Source of the DNA: an uncultured Acidobacteriota bacterium
GTDB lineage: Bacteria > Acidobacteriota > Polarisedimenticolia > J045
Assembly: GCA_963702425.1 (NCBI GenBank)
Contig: CAVPCQ010000024.1
Location: forward strand, 32,001-96,000
Direction of reading: 5' to 3'
DNA length: 64,000 nt
Position 1 is the first letter of the stretch. Each line of letters begins with the position of its first letter. Of the stretch, positions 8,903 to 19,132 are shown piece after piece. A program made the position numbers and the translations under genes. The notes under the pieces are model-generated. The model searched no databases. It was given only the letters and a program-made list of their open reading frames with translations, and was not told where the DNA came from.

Positions 8903-10279
8903 CTACTTCCCGATGCAGAAGCGCGCGAAGATCCGCTCCAGCAGCGCTTCCGGACCCACGTCGCCGAGGATCTCGCGCAGCGCGTGGACTGCCCGCCGCA
9001 ACTCGAGTGCGACCAGTTCCGGCCCGGCCTCGTTCTGCGCCAGGCCTGACGCCGCCCGCAGCGCGTCGCGTGCGTCGAGCGCCGCGGCGAGGTGTCGCTC
9101 GGTCGCCAGCGCAACGCTCTCGATCGGGCGCGCGCCCGGCGCGTGAAGCGCCTCGGCGATCGCGGCGCGCAGCGCGTCGATCCCCTGCCCCGTCCGCGAG
9201 CTGACGGCGATCGTCCCCTCGGCCGGCGCTCCCGCGGGGGGGAGGTCGGCATGAGTGCCGACCCGCAACCGGAGCGGGGCCGGCGGACCGGCAGGCCGGT
9301 CAGGTAGCGAGAGGTCGTAGACCTCGAGGACGAGGTGCGCGGCCTCGGCGGCGGCGAGCGCGCGGCGCATCCCCTCCGCCTCGGCGTGGCCGCCGGGATC
9401 GCCCACCCCGGCGGCGTCGACGAGAACGGTCGGCAGGCCTTCGATCACGACCTGCTCCTCGATCAGGTCGCGCGTGGTCCCCGGCTCGGCCGTCACGATC
9501 ACGCGATCGAATCCGATTAAGTTGTTGAAAATACTGGACTTGCCGGAATTCGTGGGGCCGAGGAGAACGACCCGCGCCCCTTCCCGGATCCGTCGCGCCC
9601 GCTCCGATGCGCCCGCCAGCCGGTCGATCCGGGAGGCCAGGTGCTCCACCCGCTCGGTCACAGCCGCGCCGTCGAGCGCGAGCACTGCCTCGCCGTCGGC
9701 GAAGTCGAGACCGGCTTCGACCTCCGCCAGCAATTCGAAGATCGCGTCGGCGAGCGGGCCGATCGCTGCCGAGACCTCGCCGGCGAGTTGGCGCGCCGCG
9801 ATGCGCGCCTGCTCCACGCTCCCGGCCTCGACCAGATCGCGCACCGCTTCGGCCTGGGCGAGATCGAGCTTGCCGTGGCGCAGCGCGCGCAGCGTGAACT
9901 CGCCGGGCGCGGCCGGGCGCGCCCCCGCGGAAATGCACGCAGCGACCGTTTCCCGCACGATGGCGGGGGATCCGTGAAGCGTGATCTCGGCCACCTCCTC
10001 GCCGGTCACGCTGTGCGGGGCTCGATGCAGCGTGGCCATCGCCTGGTCGATGATCGCCCCGCTCCGATCGCGGACGCAGCCGAGCATCGGCCGACGATCG
10101 ATGAGCGGCGCCGCACTCACTCGGGTGAAGACGTGCGCGAGGATCTCCGCGCTGCGCGACCCGGAGAGGCGCACGACAGCCAGCGCGCCCCGTCCCGGGG
10201 GGGTCGCCTGAGCCACAATGGTGACGACTTGCGGGTCCGTGACCGGCCTCCTACCGTCGTTTGGGATTTGCGCTAGCAT
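8903..10279 (-). CDS. mnmE: tRNA modification GTPase MnmE (TrmE)
   Basis: TIVAQATPPGRG, PGEFTLRA, GPTNSGKSS, PGTTRD, C-terminal FCIGK; start approximate. Confidence 0.93.
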   Translation of the reverse strand: MLAQIPNDGRRPVTDPQVVTIVAQATPPGRGALAVVRLSGSRSAEILAHVFTRVSAAPLIDRRPMLGCVRDRSGAIIDQAMATLHRAPHSVTGEEVAEITLHGSPAIVRETVAACISAGARPAAPGEFTLRALRHGKLDLAQAEAVRDLVEAGSVEQARIAARQLAGEVSAAIGPLADAIFELLAEVEAGLDFADGEAVLALDGAAVTERVEHLASRIDRLAGASERARRIREGARVVLLGPTNSGKSSIFNNLIGFDRVIVTAEPGTTRDLIEEQVVIEGLPTVLVDAAGVGDPGGHAEAEGMRRALAAAEAAHLVLEVYDLSLPDRPAGPPAPLRLRVGTHADLPPAGAPAEGTIAVSSRTGQGIDALRAAIAEALHAPGARPIESVALATERHLAAALDARDALRAASGLAQNEAGPELVALELRRAVHALREILGDVGPEALLERIFARFCIGK

Positions 10280-10338
10280 GCATGTTTCGCCCGGGCGGGG
10301 GGAACCCTCCCGGCTACGGGGAATGCCAGGAGGCCTCG

Positions 10339-10899
10339 ATGCTGAAGACCCTTCGTCGCACGGTCGCACTGCTCGCGCTGCTCGCGATCACCCTTCCGAC
10401 CGCCCTCCTCGCCCAGGCCAATGGAACGGCCGAGGTGCGGGGCGTTCTGCTCGACACCGCGGGGCTGCCCGCCAAGGGCTACCAGATCGGGCTGAAGACT
10501 CCGGATGGAAACCTGTTCCTTTCCAAGGCGACCGCGGCCGACGGCACCTTCGTCGTCGGCGGCCTGCCGCCCGCGACTTACCAGCTCGCTGCTTTCGCGC
10601 CGGACGGAGGGGAACTTGCAGTCGTCGCCAAGCAGGTCGCCCTCGCCGCGGGCCAGAAGGAGCGCGTCGAGATCCGCCTCGCGTCCGACAAGGCGCAGGT
10701 GGCCGGCCGGGTACCGGCCGGCGACCCCGCGGCCGCCGGGTCGTCCGCCGCCGCGGGCTCGACCTTCAGCTGGAGCGCGCTCGGGATCGCCGCGGTCGCG
10801 ACGGTGGGCGTCTTCGCGATCGGGGCGTGGGTGATCAACGACGACGACAACGACGTCGAGCGCGACAATGGTTCGCCCATCCTCCCGCCGCGCCGCTAG
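10339..10899 (+). CDS. Exported carboxypeptidase-regulatory-like (prealbumin fold) domain protein with C-terminal TM helix
   Basis: AGGAGG RBS, signal peptide, VRGVLLD..G.P, TAADGTFVVGGLPPATYQL, hydrophobic C-terminal helix and acidic tail. Confidence 0.65.
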   Translation: MLKTLRRTVALLALLAITLPTALLAQANGTAEVRGVLLDTAGLPAKGYQIGLKTPDGNLFLSKATAADGTFVVGGLPPATYQLAAFAPDGGELAVVAKQVALAAGQKERVEIRLASDKAQVAGRVPAGDPAAAGSSAAAGSTFSWSALGIAAVATVGVFAIGAWVINDDDNDVERDNGSPILPPRR

Positions 10900-10933
10900 A
10901 ACCGGTTCCTCCTCCCCATCTCCGACCTTTCCG

Positions 10934-10959
10934 GCGGCGCAGCCCTCGGGCTGCGCCGC
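10934..10959 (+). terminator. GC-rich hairpin, possible terminator
   Basis: GCGGCGCAGCC-CTCG-GGCTGCGCCGC downstream of the stop at 10899; no clear U-tract. Confidence 0.35.
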
Positions 10960-11047
10960 TCGGCTTCGGCTGGGGTCCCATCGACTCGTTCGGTGCTATA
11001 AACGATTCGTAAGAACCGGCTAGCTTCAGTCCGGTCCCGGGGTTCCG

Positions 11048-11614
11048 ATGCCGGCCTCGCGCTCCCGCGGCCTCGTCGCCGCGATCGCCCTGCTCGTCCC
11101 GCTCGCCGGGCTGGCCGCATTCCTGGTCTACGGCGGCCGCCACCGGAGCTTCGGCTCGCACGAAGCCGGCGCTCCGAGCGCTTCGACCGCCTCCGCGAGC
11201 GGGATGGCCGCGCTGCTCGACGGGCTCGCCGAACGGACCGCCGACCTCCCGCCCGAGCGCTTCCACGAGCAGGTGAACGGTGCGGCCGAGTTCCTGATCG
11301 CGCTCGGCGGGACGCGGATCGTCGCCTGGCGCTTCGCAGGGCCTCCCCAAGCGACACTCGAACTGCTGGAGTTCGTCGACGAGGACGGCGCCCGGCGCGC
11401 GCTCGCGCAGGACGCCGGTGCCGACCGCACGCCGGGGCCGGGCGACGAAGCCTGGGCCGGCGCCGACAGCGTCTTCTTCCGGCGCGGACGCCGCTACGCG
11501 CGACTCAGCGCGCCGGGAATGAGCGGCCCCGACGCGCCGGCGACGCTGGCCGCCGTGGCCGCCCGCGTGGACGAGCGCCTGCGCGCGCTGGCGTCGAGCG
11601 GAGGGGGATCGTGA
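11048..11614 (+). CDS. Membrane-anchored hypothetical protein (DUF6599-like), first gene of a three-gene operon
   Basis: N-terminal TM; FHEQVNGAAEFL, LELLEF, FFRRGRRYARL; GTGA overlap with the next gene. Confidence 0.55.
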   Translation: MPASRSRGLVAAIALLVPLAGLAAFLVYGGRHRSFGSHEAGAPSASTASASGMAALLDGLAERTADLPPERFHEQVNGAAEFLIALGGTRIVAWRFAGPPQATLELLEFVDEDGARRALAQDAGADRTPGPGDEAWAGADSVFFRRGRRYARLSAPGMSGPDAPATLAAVAARVDERLRALASSGGGS

Positions 11615-12633
11615 GCTTTCACGACCGCGAAGCCGGCGCGGGCGCGGAGCCGCAGGCGCAGATGCAGGGACTCGCGCGACGCGAGGTGCTCGCGCGTCTC
11701 GGGCGGGCCGGGCTCGTGCTGGGGGGCGCAGGACTCCTGACCGCGCTCGGGCTGCGCTCGAAGGGGCGCTGGTCCGGGGGCGATGCGCCGGCCGTGATCC
11801 TGCGGCGAGAGGTGGCAAGGGATCCGTCGCGACCGACGGCCATCGTTGCCGCGGGTGGCGGGATCGCGCCGATGGTGCGCGCCGCGATCGACGCGCTGGG
11901 CGGGATCGGGCGCTTCGTCGTCGCCGGCGACGTCGTGCTGTTGAAGCCGAACATGGCCTGGGACCGGCCGCCGGAACTGGGCGCGAACACGCACCCCGAG
12001 ATCGTCGCGGAGATCGCGCGGCTGTGCCGAGAGGCGGGCGCGGCGCGCGTGCTCGTCGGCGACGTGCCGGTGCACGACGCGGAGCGCGCCGCGGCGCGCT
12101 CGGGGATCGCCGACGCGGCGCGGCGCGCCGGGGCGGAGCTGGTCCTTCCGGACGACGGCGGCTTCCGCGAGGCGGCGCTCGACGGAGCGGTGCTGTCGTC
12201 ATGGGAGGTCTTCCTTCCGGCGCTGACCGCGACGAAACTGATCAACGTGCCGGTCGTCAAGGACCACGCGCTGACCCGCCTCACGGCCGGGCTCAAGAAC
12301 TGGTACGGCGTGCTCGGCGGGACGCGGGCGCGTCTGCACCAGGCGATCGACGCCTCGATCGCCGACCTCGCGGTGGCGTTTCGGCCGACGCTCACCGTGG
12401 TCGACGCCACCCGCGTGATGACCAAGGGCGGCCCGACCGGCGGGCGCCTCGAGGACGTGCGGCAGGTCGGGCTCGTCGCGGCCGGCACCGATCCGGTCGC
12501 GCTCGATGCCTGGAGCGCCCACCTGCTCGGGCTCGACCCGGGCACGATCGGTTACCTGGCGCTGGCCGAGGGAAGGGGCGTGGGCTCGATCGCCGCCGGC
12601 CTCGGGCTCGAGACGGTGCGCGCCGGTGCGTGA
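11611..12633 (+). CDS. DUF362 domain protein with twin-arginine-like N-terminus
   Basis: GGIGRFV..GDVVLLKPN, NTHPEIV, INVPVVKDH, LTAGLKNWYG, DPVALDAW; ARREVL near the N-terminus. Confidence 0.85.
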   Translation: MSFHDREAGAGAEPQAQMQGLARREVLARLGRAGLVLGGAGLLTALGLRSKGRWSGGDAPAVILRREVARDPSRPTAIVAAGGGIAPMVRAAIDALGGIGRFVVAGDVVLLKPNMAWDRPPELGANTHPEIVAEIARLCREAGAARVLVGDVPVHDAERAAARSGIADAARRAGAELVLPDDGGFREAALDGAVLSSWEVFLPALTATKLINVPVVKDHALTRLTAGLKNWYGVLGGTRARLHQAIDASIADLAVAFRPTLTVVDATRVMTKGGPTGGRLEDVRQVGLVAAGTDPVALDAWSAHLLGLDPGTIGYLALAEGRGVGSIAAGLGLETVRAGA

Positions 12634-14221
12634 GCCGCTGGCGGGCTTGCCCGGCGTAGCTCCCCGTGCCGCCAGGCACGGGGAAACGGAGCCGGGCGGC
12701 GTCTACTGGCCGCGCGGCGCGCGGCGGATCCATCAGGCCTTCTTCCTCGCGCTGTTTCTCGCCGCGCTGGCAGCGATGACCGCGGAGGGGGTCCGTCGCC
12801 TGCCGGTCGCGTGGCTCTTCCAGCTCGACCCGCTGACGGCCGCCGTCTCGCTGCTCGCGTCGTGGTCGCTGACGGCGGCGCTCGCCTGGTCGCTGGCGAT
12901 CGTGCTGCTGACGGTCCTCGCGGGGCGCGCCTTCTGCGGCTGGATCTGCCCGCTCGGAACGATCCTGCAGCTCGTGTCGTGGGCGACGCAGCGACTGCGA
13001 CCCGGGCCGGCGACCGAGCACAACCGCTGGCGGCCGCACTTCGCGATCAAGTACCTGCTGCTGGTCACGCTGCTGGCGGCCGCAGCGCTGGGCGCCGGGA
13101 TCGCCGGCCTGTTCGACCCGCTCTCGCTCTTCGCGCGCTCGCTCGGCTCGGGGTTGTCGCCGGCCCTGCACCAGCTCGTCGGGATGGGCGGCTGGCGCGC
13201 GCGGATCTTCATCGGCGCGTGGCTGACCGGCCTGATCTTCCTGGCCGTGCTGGTCGCCAACCGTTGGATCGCGCGCTGGTGGTGTCGTGCGCTTTGCCCC
13301 CTGGGAGCGCTGCTGGGGCTCGTCGCGCGCGCGGCGATCGCCCGGATCCGGATCGACCCCGCGCGCTGCACGCACTGCAACCGCTGCGCGACCGACTGCC
13401 AGGGGGCCGACGAGCCGTTCGCTCGACATCGCGTCGCCGAGTGCCACGTCTGCCTGAACTGCATCGCGAATTGCCCGGAAGACGCGATCGCCTTTCGCGC
13501 TTTCGCCCCCGAGGACGCCCCGCGGGGCGGCATCGACCTGCCGCGGCGCCGGCTGCTCGGAGCGGCAGCGGCAGGGATCGTGCTGGTCCCGCTCTTCCGC
13601 GTCAGCACCCACTCGGCGCTGCAGCCCGGCCCGCTCGCGATCCGGCCGCCGGGGGCGCTGCCGGAGGCTGCTTTCCTCGCGACCTGCGTGCGCTGCGGGG
13701 CATGCGTGAACGCCTGTCCGACGAGCGCGCTGCAGCCGGCGCTCGGCGAGGCGGGGGCGGAGGGGCTCTACACGCCGGTGCTCGTCGCGAGGCAGGGCTG
13801 GTGCGAGCCGAGCTGCGTGCTCTGCGGGCAGGTCTGCCCGACCGGCGCGATCCGCCCGCTCTCGGTCGCGAAGAAGGGCTGGACCGGCGAGTCAGGGAAG
13901 GGGATCCGGATCGGGACCGCCTTCTTCGACCAGGGGCGCTGCCTTCCCTGGGGCATGAACGTGCCGTGCATCGTCTGCCAGGAGGTCTGCCCGACCAGCC
14001 CGAAGGCGATCTGGCTCGAGGAGGTGACGGCGCTGGACCGCGCGGGGCGGCCGGTGCGTCTCCAGCGGCCGCGCATCGAGCCGGGTCTGTGCGTCGGCTG
14101 CGGGCTGTGCGAGGCGAAGTGCCCGATCACCGACATCGCCGCGGTCCGCGTCACGCGGATCGGGGAGTCGCGCGAGATCGGCTCGTCGTTCCGCCTCGGA
14201 GCGGCGGCCGTCGGGAGCTGA
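12626..14221 (+). CDS. Polyferredoxin membrane protein (NapH-like membrane part fused to a NapG/MauM-like 4Fe-4S domain)
   Basis: GRAFCGWICPLG, WCRALCPLG, several CxxCxxCxxxCP clusters, IRPPGAL. Confidence 0.85.
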   Translation: MREPLAGLPGVAPRAARHGETEPGGVYWPRGARRIHQAFFLALFLAALAAMTAEGVRRLPVAWLFQLDPLTAAVSLLASWSLTAALAWSLAIVLLTVLAGRAFCGWICPLGTILQLVSWATQRLRPGPATEHNRWRPHFAIKYLLLVTLLAAAALGAGIAGLFDPLSLFARSLGSGLSPALHQLVGMGGWRARIFIGAWLTGLIFLAVLVANRWIARWWCRALCPLGALLGLVARAAIARIRIDPARCTHCNRCATDCQGADEPFARHRVAECHVCLNCIANCPEDAIAFRAFAPEDAPRGGIDLPRRRLLGAAAAGIVLVPLFRVSTHSALQPGPLAIRPPGALPEAAFLATCVRCGACVNACPTSALQPALGEAGAEGLYTPVLVARQGWCEPSCVLCGQVCPTGAIRPLSVAKKGWTGESGKGIRIGTAFFDQGRCLPWGMNVPCIVCQEVCPTSPKAIWLEEVTALDRAGRPVRLQRPRIEPGLCVGCGLCEAKCPITDIAAVRVTRIGESREIGSSFRLGAAAVGS

Positions 14222-14242
14222 CGGCCGCCGTCCCGGCCGGGA

Positions 14243-17200
14243 TCAGGGCGCGCAGTCGTCGACGAGGTCTCGCGGATGGCAGGCCTGCGCCGAGGGCGGG
14301 CGCTCGCTGCCGTCGGACGCCCGGCCGTAGCTGCCGGCGAAGCCGCCGTCGGTCGGCACGACGAGGAAGAAGTCGGCGGTGCCCGCTCCGGGCGGGACCG
14401 AAGCACTGGTCCCGCTCGCCGCGCAGTAGCCCAGCTCCGGCTTGAGCGACGCATAGCCCAGCGCCAGGTCGCCGCGATAGACCTCGTAGCTCGGAGTCCC
14501 GCCGCAGTCGCTCGCCCAGCCGAGGGCGAGCTCGTTGCCGGCCCGCTGGACCGTCAACCCCGAAACCGCGCCCGGCCTGGCCCGCGCCACCGGCTGGCAG
14601 GAGTTGCGGGTCACGCCGGTGAGCCGGATGTCGTCGACGTTCCAGCCGGAGAGCTGGACCACGTTGTCGGCGGTCAGGCCGAAGCGGATCCGGAAGTCGG
14701 GGTTGCGGTCGGCCCACGCGGACACGTCGTAGGCGTGGTTCGACCAGGCGTTTTCGACGACGTAGCCGCTCGAGGCGTAGAGATTCACCCAGTTCACGCC
14801 GTCGGCCGAGACGTCGACGCTGGCGATGTCGTTGGGCGCGACGTTCAGCCAGCGCTTGAACTGGATGCCGACCTGGACGGCGTCGGCGCAGTTGATCGGC
14901 GGCGATGTGGCGTTGGTGTTGACCAGCCCCTCGTAGTTGCCCGGGCTCGGACCGGTCCCGGTCAGGTCGTTGCCCAACACGCGCGTCCCTTCCGCGGCAG
15001 CGGTGGGATCGGGGCTCGGCTTCGGCTGGCCGGGCAACGAGGTGCCGCCGCCGAGCCCCCGGGGGGTGTCGATCTGCCACTCGCCGGACGGGCCGGAATT
15101 GTTGTTGAAGGCCCAGCCACGGTTCGTCTCGATCCCGTCGGTGTAGAACTGGACGGGCGCCCCGGAGCCGCCGACCAGCACCCGCACCGCTGCGACCTCG
15201 TCCGGATAGGCGTTGGCCGGATCGGACGAGGTGATCGCGCGCACGGTGAAGGTCGCATCCTGGCCGCACGGGAAGGCCTGGCCGACCTGGAACCGGATCT
15301 TCTGCACGCCGGTCGCGCTGGCGTTGGCCGGGATGTTCCCGAAGCTCGTCGCCCCGCTGATCAGCGAGACCGGGCCCGCGTTCCCGGCCCAGGCGGCGAC
15401 CGTTGCCGTCACGTTCGTCGCCGTCTCGTTTCCCTGGTTGCGCAGGACGATCGATAGGTCGAAGACCTCACCGGGGTCGACCGCGCCGTTGCCGTTCCCC
15501 TGGACCTGAACCAGGTTGACGTAATTCTCGTAGCGCAGGTCGGGCCCCGTCACGGTCACCGTCTTCTTGACGGTCGCCGAGCAGGCGCCGGCGTCGCGCA
15601 CCCGCAGGCGCGAGTCGCCGACGTACGGCCGGTGGAAGACCGTGGACGGGTCGGTGTCGATCGCGTCCACCGTCCCGTCGACGGTGAAGTCCCACTCGTA
15701 GGTGTAGGGGCCGCCCGCACCGCCGCTGACGCTGCTGTCGAAGGTCACCGACTGGCCGACCCGCGCAGGGTTCGGGCTCGGCGTGAAGTCGACCGTCGGA
15801 GGGGTGCAGATCGAACCGGTTCCGCCCGTGACCACCAGCGCAAAGACCGCGTCGGCGGCGGGGGTGGCGAGGTGCTGGTCCTGGTTGATCTCCGGCGCAT
15901 CGATGTCGACGCGCCAGGTCCCCGCCTGCGGGTTCTGCACGAAGACGTTCTCGACGTTGTTCTTGGAGTCGCGGGTGCCGCCCGGCTGCGAGTATCGCGC
16001 GCCATCGAGCCCGAAGTTCCCCTTGTAGATCGTTCCGGAGGGGGAGGTCACGGTCAGATCGAGGTCGTTGATCCGGTGCAGCGTGGCGGAGGTCGTGCCG
16101 GGCAGGTCGTTGTAGACCAGCGTGACCTTCAGCTCGGTCTCGCCGGACTCGACCCCGACGTCGTACGAGCCGCGCTCACCGACCCTCAGCGCCACGTCCT
16201 CGTTGATCACGAAGCTCCGCGCGGCGCGCTCCTTGGCCAGCCGCACGCTCGGCCGCCCCCAGCCCTGGTGGACCCGGGTGAGGTCGCTGCCGGTGCCGCT
16301 GAAGGGGTACTGGTTGGCGTTGTTGATCAGGAGCGCCTTGATCGTCGAGGCGTGGGGCTGGCGTTCGAAGACGGTCGTCCCGACTGGATCGGTTCCCCAA
16401 ACGTTGTCGGACCACATCTGGACGATCGAGCCAGTGATACCAGCGACGATCGGCGTGGCACCCGAGGTCCCGCCAAACGAGGACGTGTAGCCGTTGCCGG
16501 TCGTCGTGGTGAAGGTCTCGTCGTAGTAGTAGCTGACGTCGGGCTTGAGGCGGCCGTCCTCGGCCGGGCCGATCGACGCCCCCGAGCACCAGCAGTCGTC
16601 GGCGGTCGAGAGGGTGTCGTAGTGGTTGATGGCGCCAACGCTGACGATGTTCTTGGCCCACGCCTCCGGGCGGCTGTCCTGGTTCCCGGCGTTTGACTGC
16701 GACTGCAGGATCGCGATGTCGAGCCGCCAGATGATGTCGTCCATCTCCTGCGAGTAGCTGGTGTAGTTACGGACGCGCGAGTTGCCCCAGGAGTTGGTCT
16801 GGAACGAGGCGAAGTAGGGGGCGTTCTTCAGTTGCTGGGTGTGGGCGAAGCGGTCGCCGAGCTGGTTGTAGTCGGCCATGATCCCGACCGCGCACGGGAG
16901 GCTTCCCAGCCCCTTGGCCGAGCCGTCGCCGTCGCGGTCGCCGTTGCCGAAGACAATGCCGAAGGTGCTCGTGCCGTGGCTGTCGACCCCGTGGGTACCG
17001 TGGTAGATCTCGGTGTCGAAGTCCATGTGCGTGTCTTCGAAGCCGGCGTCGAGGTCCTCGCCGCGGACGCCGGTGCCGCAGTAGCCGTAGTTGCTCTCGA
17101 GCCAGCTGAGGCCGTTGTCCTGGCGGACGATGTCCATGTCCTTCCCGGGCACCCCCTTGGGGTCGATCCACGCGACGTCGTCCAGCGCGGCGAGCGCCCG

Positions 17201-18047
17201 CGCCTGATCGCGCGTCAGGCGCAGCTCGACCACGTAGCCGTTCGGCCAGGCACTGAGCACCTCGGCGCCGAGGTGGCGCGCGCGCGCCACGATCCGCTCC
17301 TTGCCGGAAGGACCCCACTCGAACGCGGTGACGCGCAGATCCTTCCGGTCGTCCGAAGAGCCGTCGGCATCGGGGCCTGCCGACGCGCCGGACAACCAGT
17401 CGCGGACCTCCCACGAGAGGCGGTAGGAGGGGTGGAACGGCTCGACGCGCTCGATGAAATCGAGGCCGGCGAGCGCCGCCGCTCGCAACGGCTCGATCCT
17501 CACCAGATGCGCGTTGTAAGGGAAGAAGGCCAGCAGCTCGGCCCCCGAATCAGCGAGCGCCTGCCGCCACTCGGGTTGGCTCGGCGTCCGGAACTGGACC
17601 AGGAAGATGCGCCCGGCGGGGGCCTGGGCCAGCCCCGGCAGGATCGTGGGGAGCGGCTGGCCCGGCTCGGTCCGGCCGTCGCGCAGCAGGAGAGCGGTCT
17701 CCGCCTCGCGGGCCGTGCTCCAGGTCGCGCCACCGTCGCGCGTGACCGCGTACCAGCGGGTCGCGAGGCCCCCTTCGGTCCAGGTCGCGAACGCGGCGGG
17801 TGCCGACGGTGCTCGGCCGGTGGAGAGCGGCGCGATCCGCTGTGGCGACTCGCGCAGCAGCGCGCGGGCTTCGGAGCCGTCGGGGCGCGGTGTGACCGCG
17901 AACAGCCGGAAGACGTCGCCGGCCTGCGTTCACCTCGAGTCGGGGCCTGGACATCGGTGCGGCGAGGAGGGGAAGCGCGGACAGGACGATCAGGGCGAGA
18001 AGCGCGTAAACGGTGACGAACGACGCGCGGGCGGGCGCACGGAGCAT
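14243..18047 (-). CDS. Large secreted S8 (subtilisin-like) serine protease with PKD and beta-sandwich domains and a Cys-rich C-terminal domain; one frameshift near 17930
   Basis: Catalytic D (DLDAG), H (SHGT) and S (GGTSGATP); PKD-like YTYEWDF..DG. GGAGG RBS plus signal peptide MLRAPARASF..LLA from ATG 18047. The main frame is open up to about 17930 (FLVQF..PYNAHLVR propeptide) and joins the signal-peptide frame if one base is removed. Confidence 0.85.
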
Positions 18048-18173
18048 CGGGCAAACCTCCAAGGTCAGCAGAAGTTACCTTGAAGCGCGGCGGGATGCCT
18101 CCATCCGGGGGCAGTCCGCGCTGGAATTCGGTCCGCTCGCCATCCATGATCCGCGCTCCGGGCCGGAGGTGGC

Positions 18174-19083
18174 ATGACTTCCTGTTTAGTCGCGGCCGCG
18201 CTGTGGGCGATCTCGATCAGCCTCTTCCGCCCGCTCATCGCGCGCTTCGGTCCCGCGCCGGTCAACTTCTTCAAGTGCGCCTTCGCCTCTGCCGCCTACC
18301 TCGCTTGGCTCGCGCTCGCCGGACGGCTCTCCGGGATGGCGGCGACTCGAGCCGGCCGCGCTCGGCCAGCTCGCGCTTTCCGGGTTCGTCGGCATGGCGA
18401 TCGGCGACTCGCTGCTCTTTTCGGCCGTCGAAGCGGGGGGGGTCCAGCGGGCACTCGTGATCTACAACAGCGCCCCGCTGATGACCGCGCTGCTGGCCTG
18501 GGCGGCAGGGGGCGCCGTCCCGTCCGCCCACGTCTGGCTGGGGATGGTGCTGGTCGTCACGGGGGTCGGCCTCGTGGAGACCGACCCGGCCCGCTTCGGC
18601 CCGGCGCCCGGAGGCGCGGGGGGCGGGGCAACACTCGCCCCGCCGCGCGCCGGGGCCCTGCGCTGGACGGTGATCGCTGCGCTCGGCGCGGCGCTCGGCC
18701 AGGCGGTCGGACTGCTCCTGATGCAGCGCCCGCTGCAGTCGGTACCGATCGTGGAAGCGAGCTTCATCCGACTTGCGGCCGCCGGGGCGGGGGTGCTCCT
18801 GCTGCTCCTCGTCCGGCGCGGGGGACGCGCGGAGCTGGCACGGCTCGGGCCGCGGGTCTGGCCCGGGCTGGCCCTGCCGAGCGTGATCGGGACGGTGATC
18901 GCCGTGATCTTCATGATGCGCGGCGTCCGCGACCTGCCTCCCGGGATCGCGGCCGCTCTGCTGGGCACGACGCCGCTCTTCTCACTGCCGATCTCGCGCT
19001 TCGTGCTGGCCGAGCCGGTCGGCATCCGCTCGCTCGCCGGGACCCTGCTGGCGGTCTGCGGGGTGGCTTTGTTCGCCCTCTGA
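18174..19083 (+). CDS. DMT/EamA family transporter; frameshift near 18345
   Basis: AAALWAISISL in the first frame; SGFVGMAIGDSLLFSA and TTPLFSLPISRFVLAE in the +1 frame. Confidence 0.8.
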
Positions 19084-19132
19084 CCGGTGCAGTATCCTCG
19101 GCCGGTTGCGCCGCTCGCGACAAGGAGTCCCC

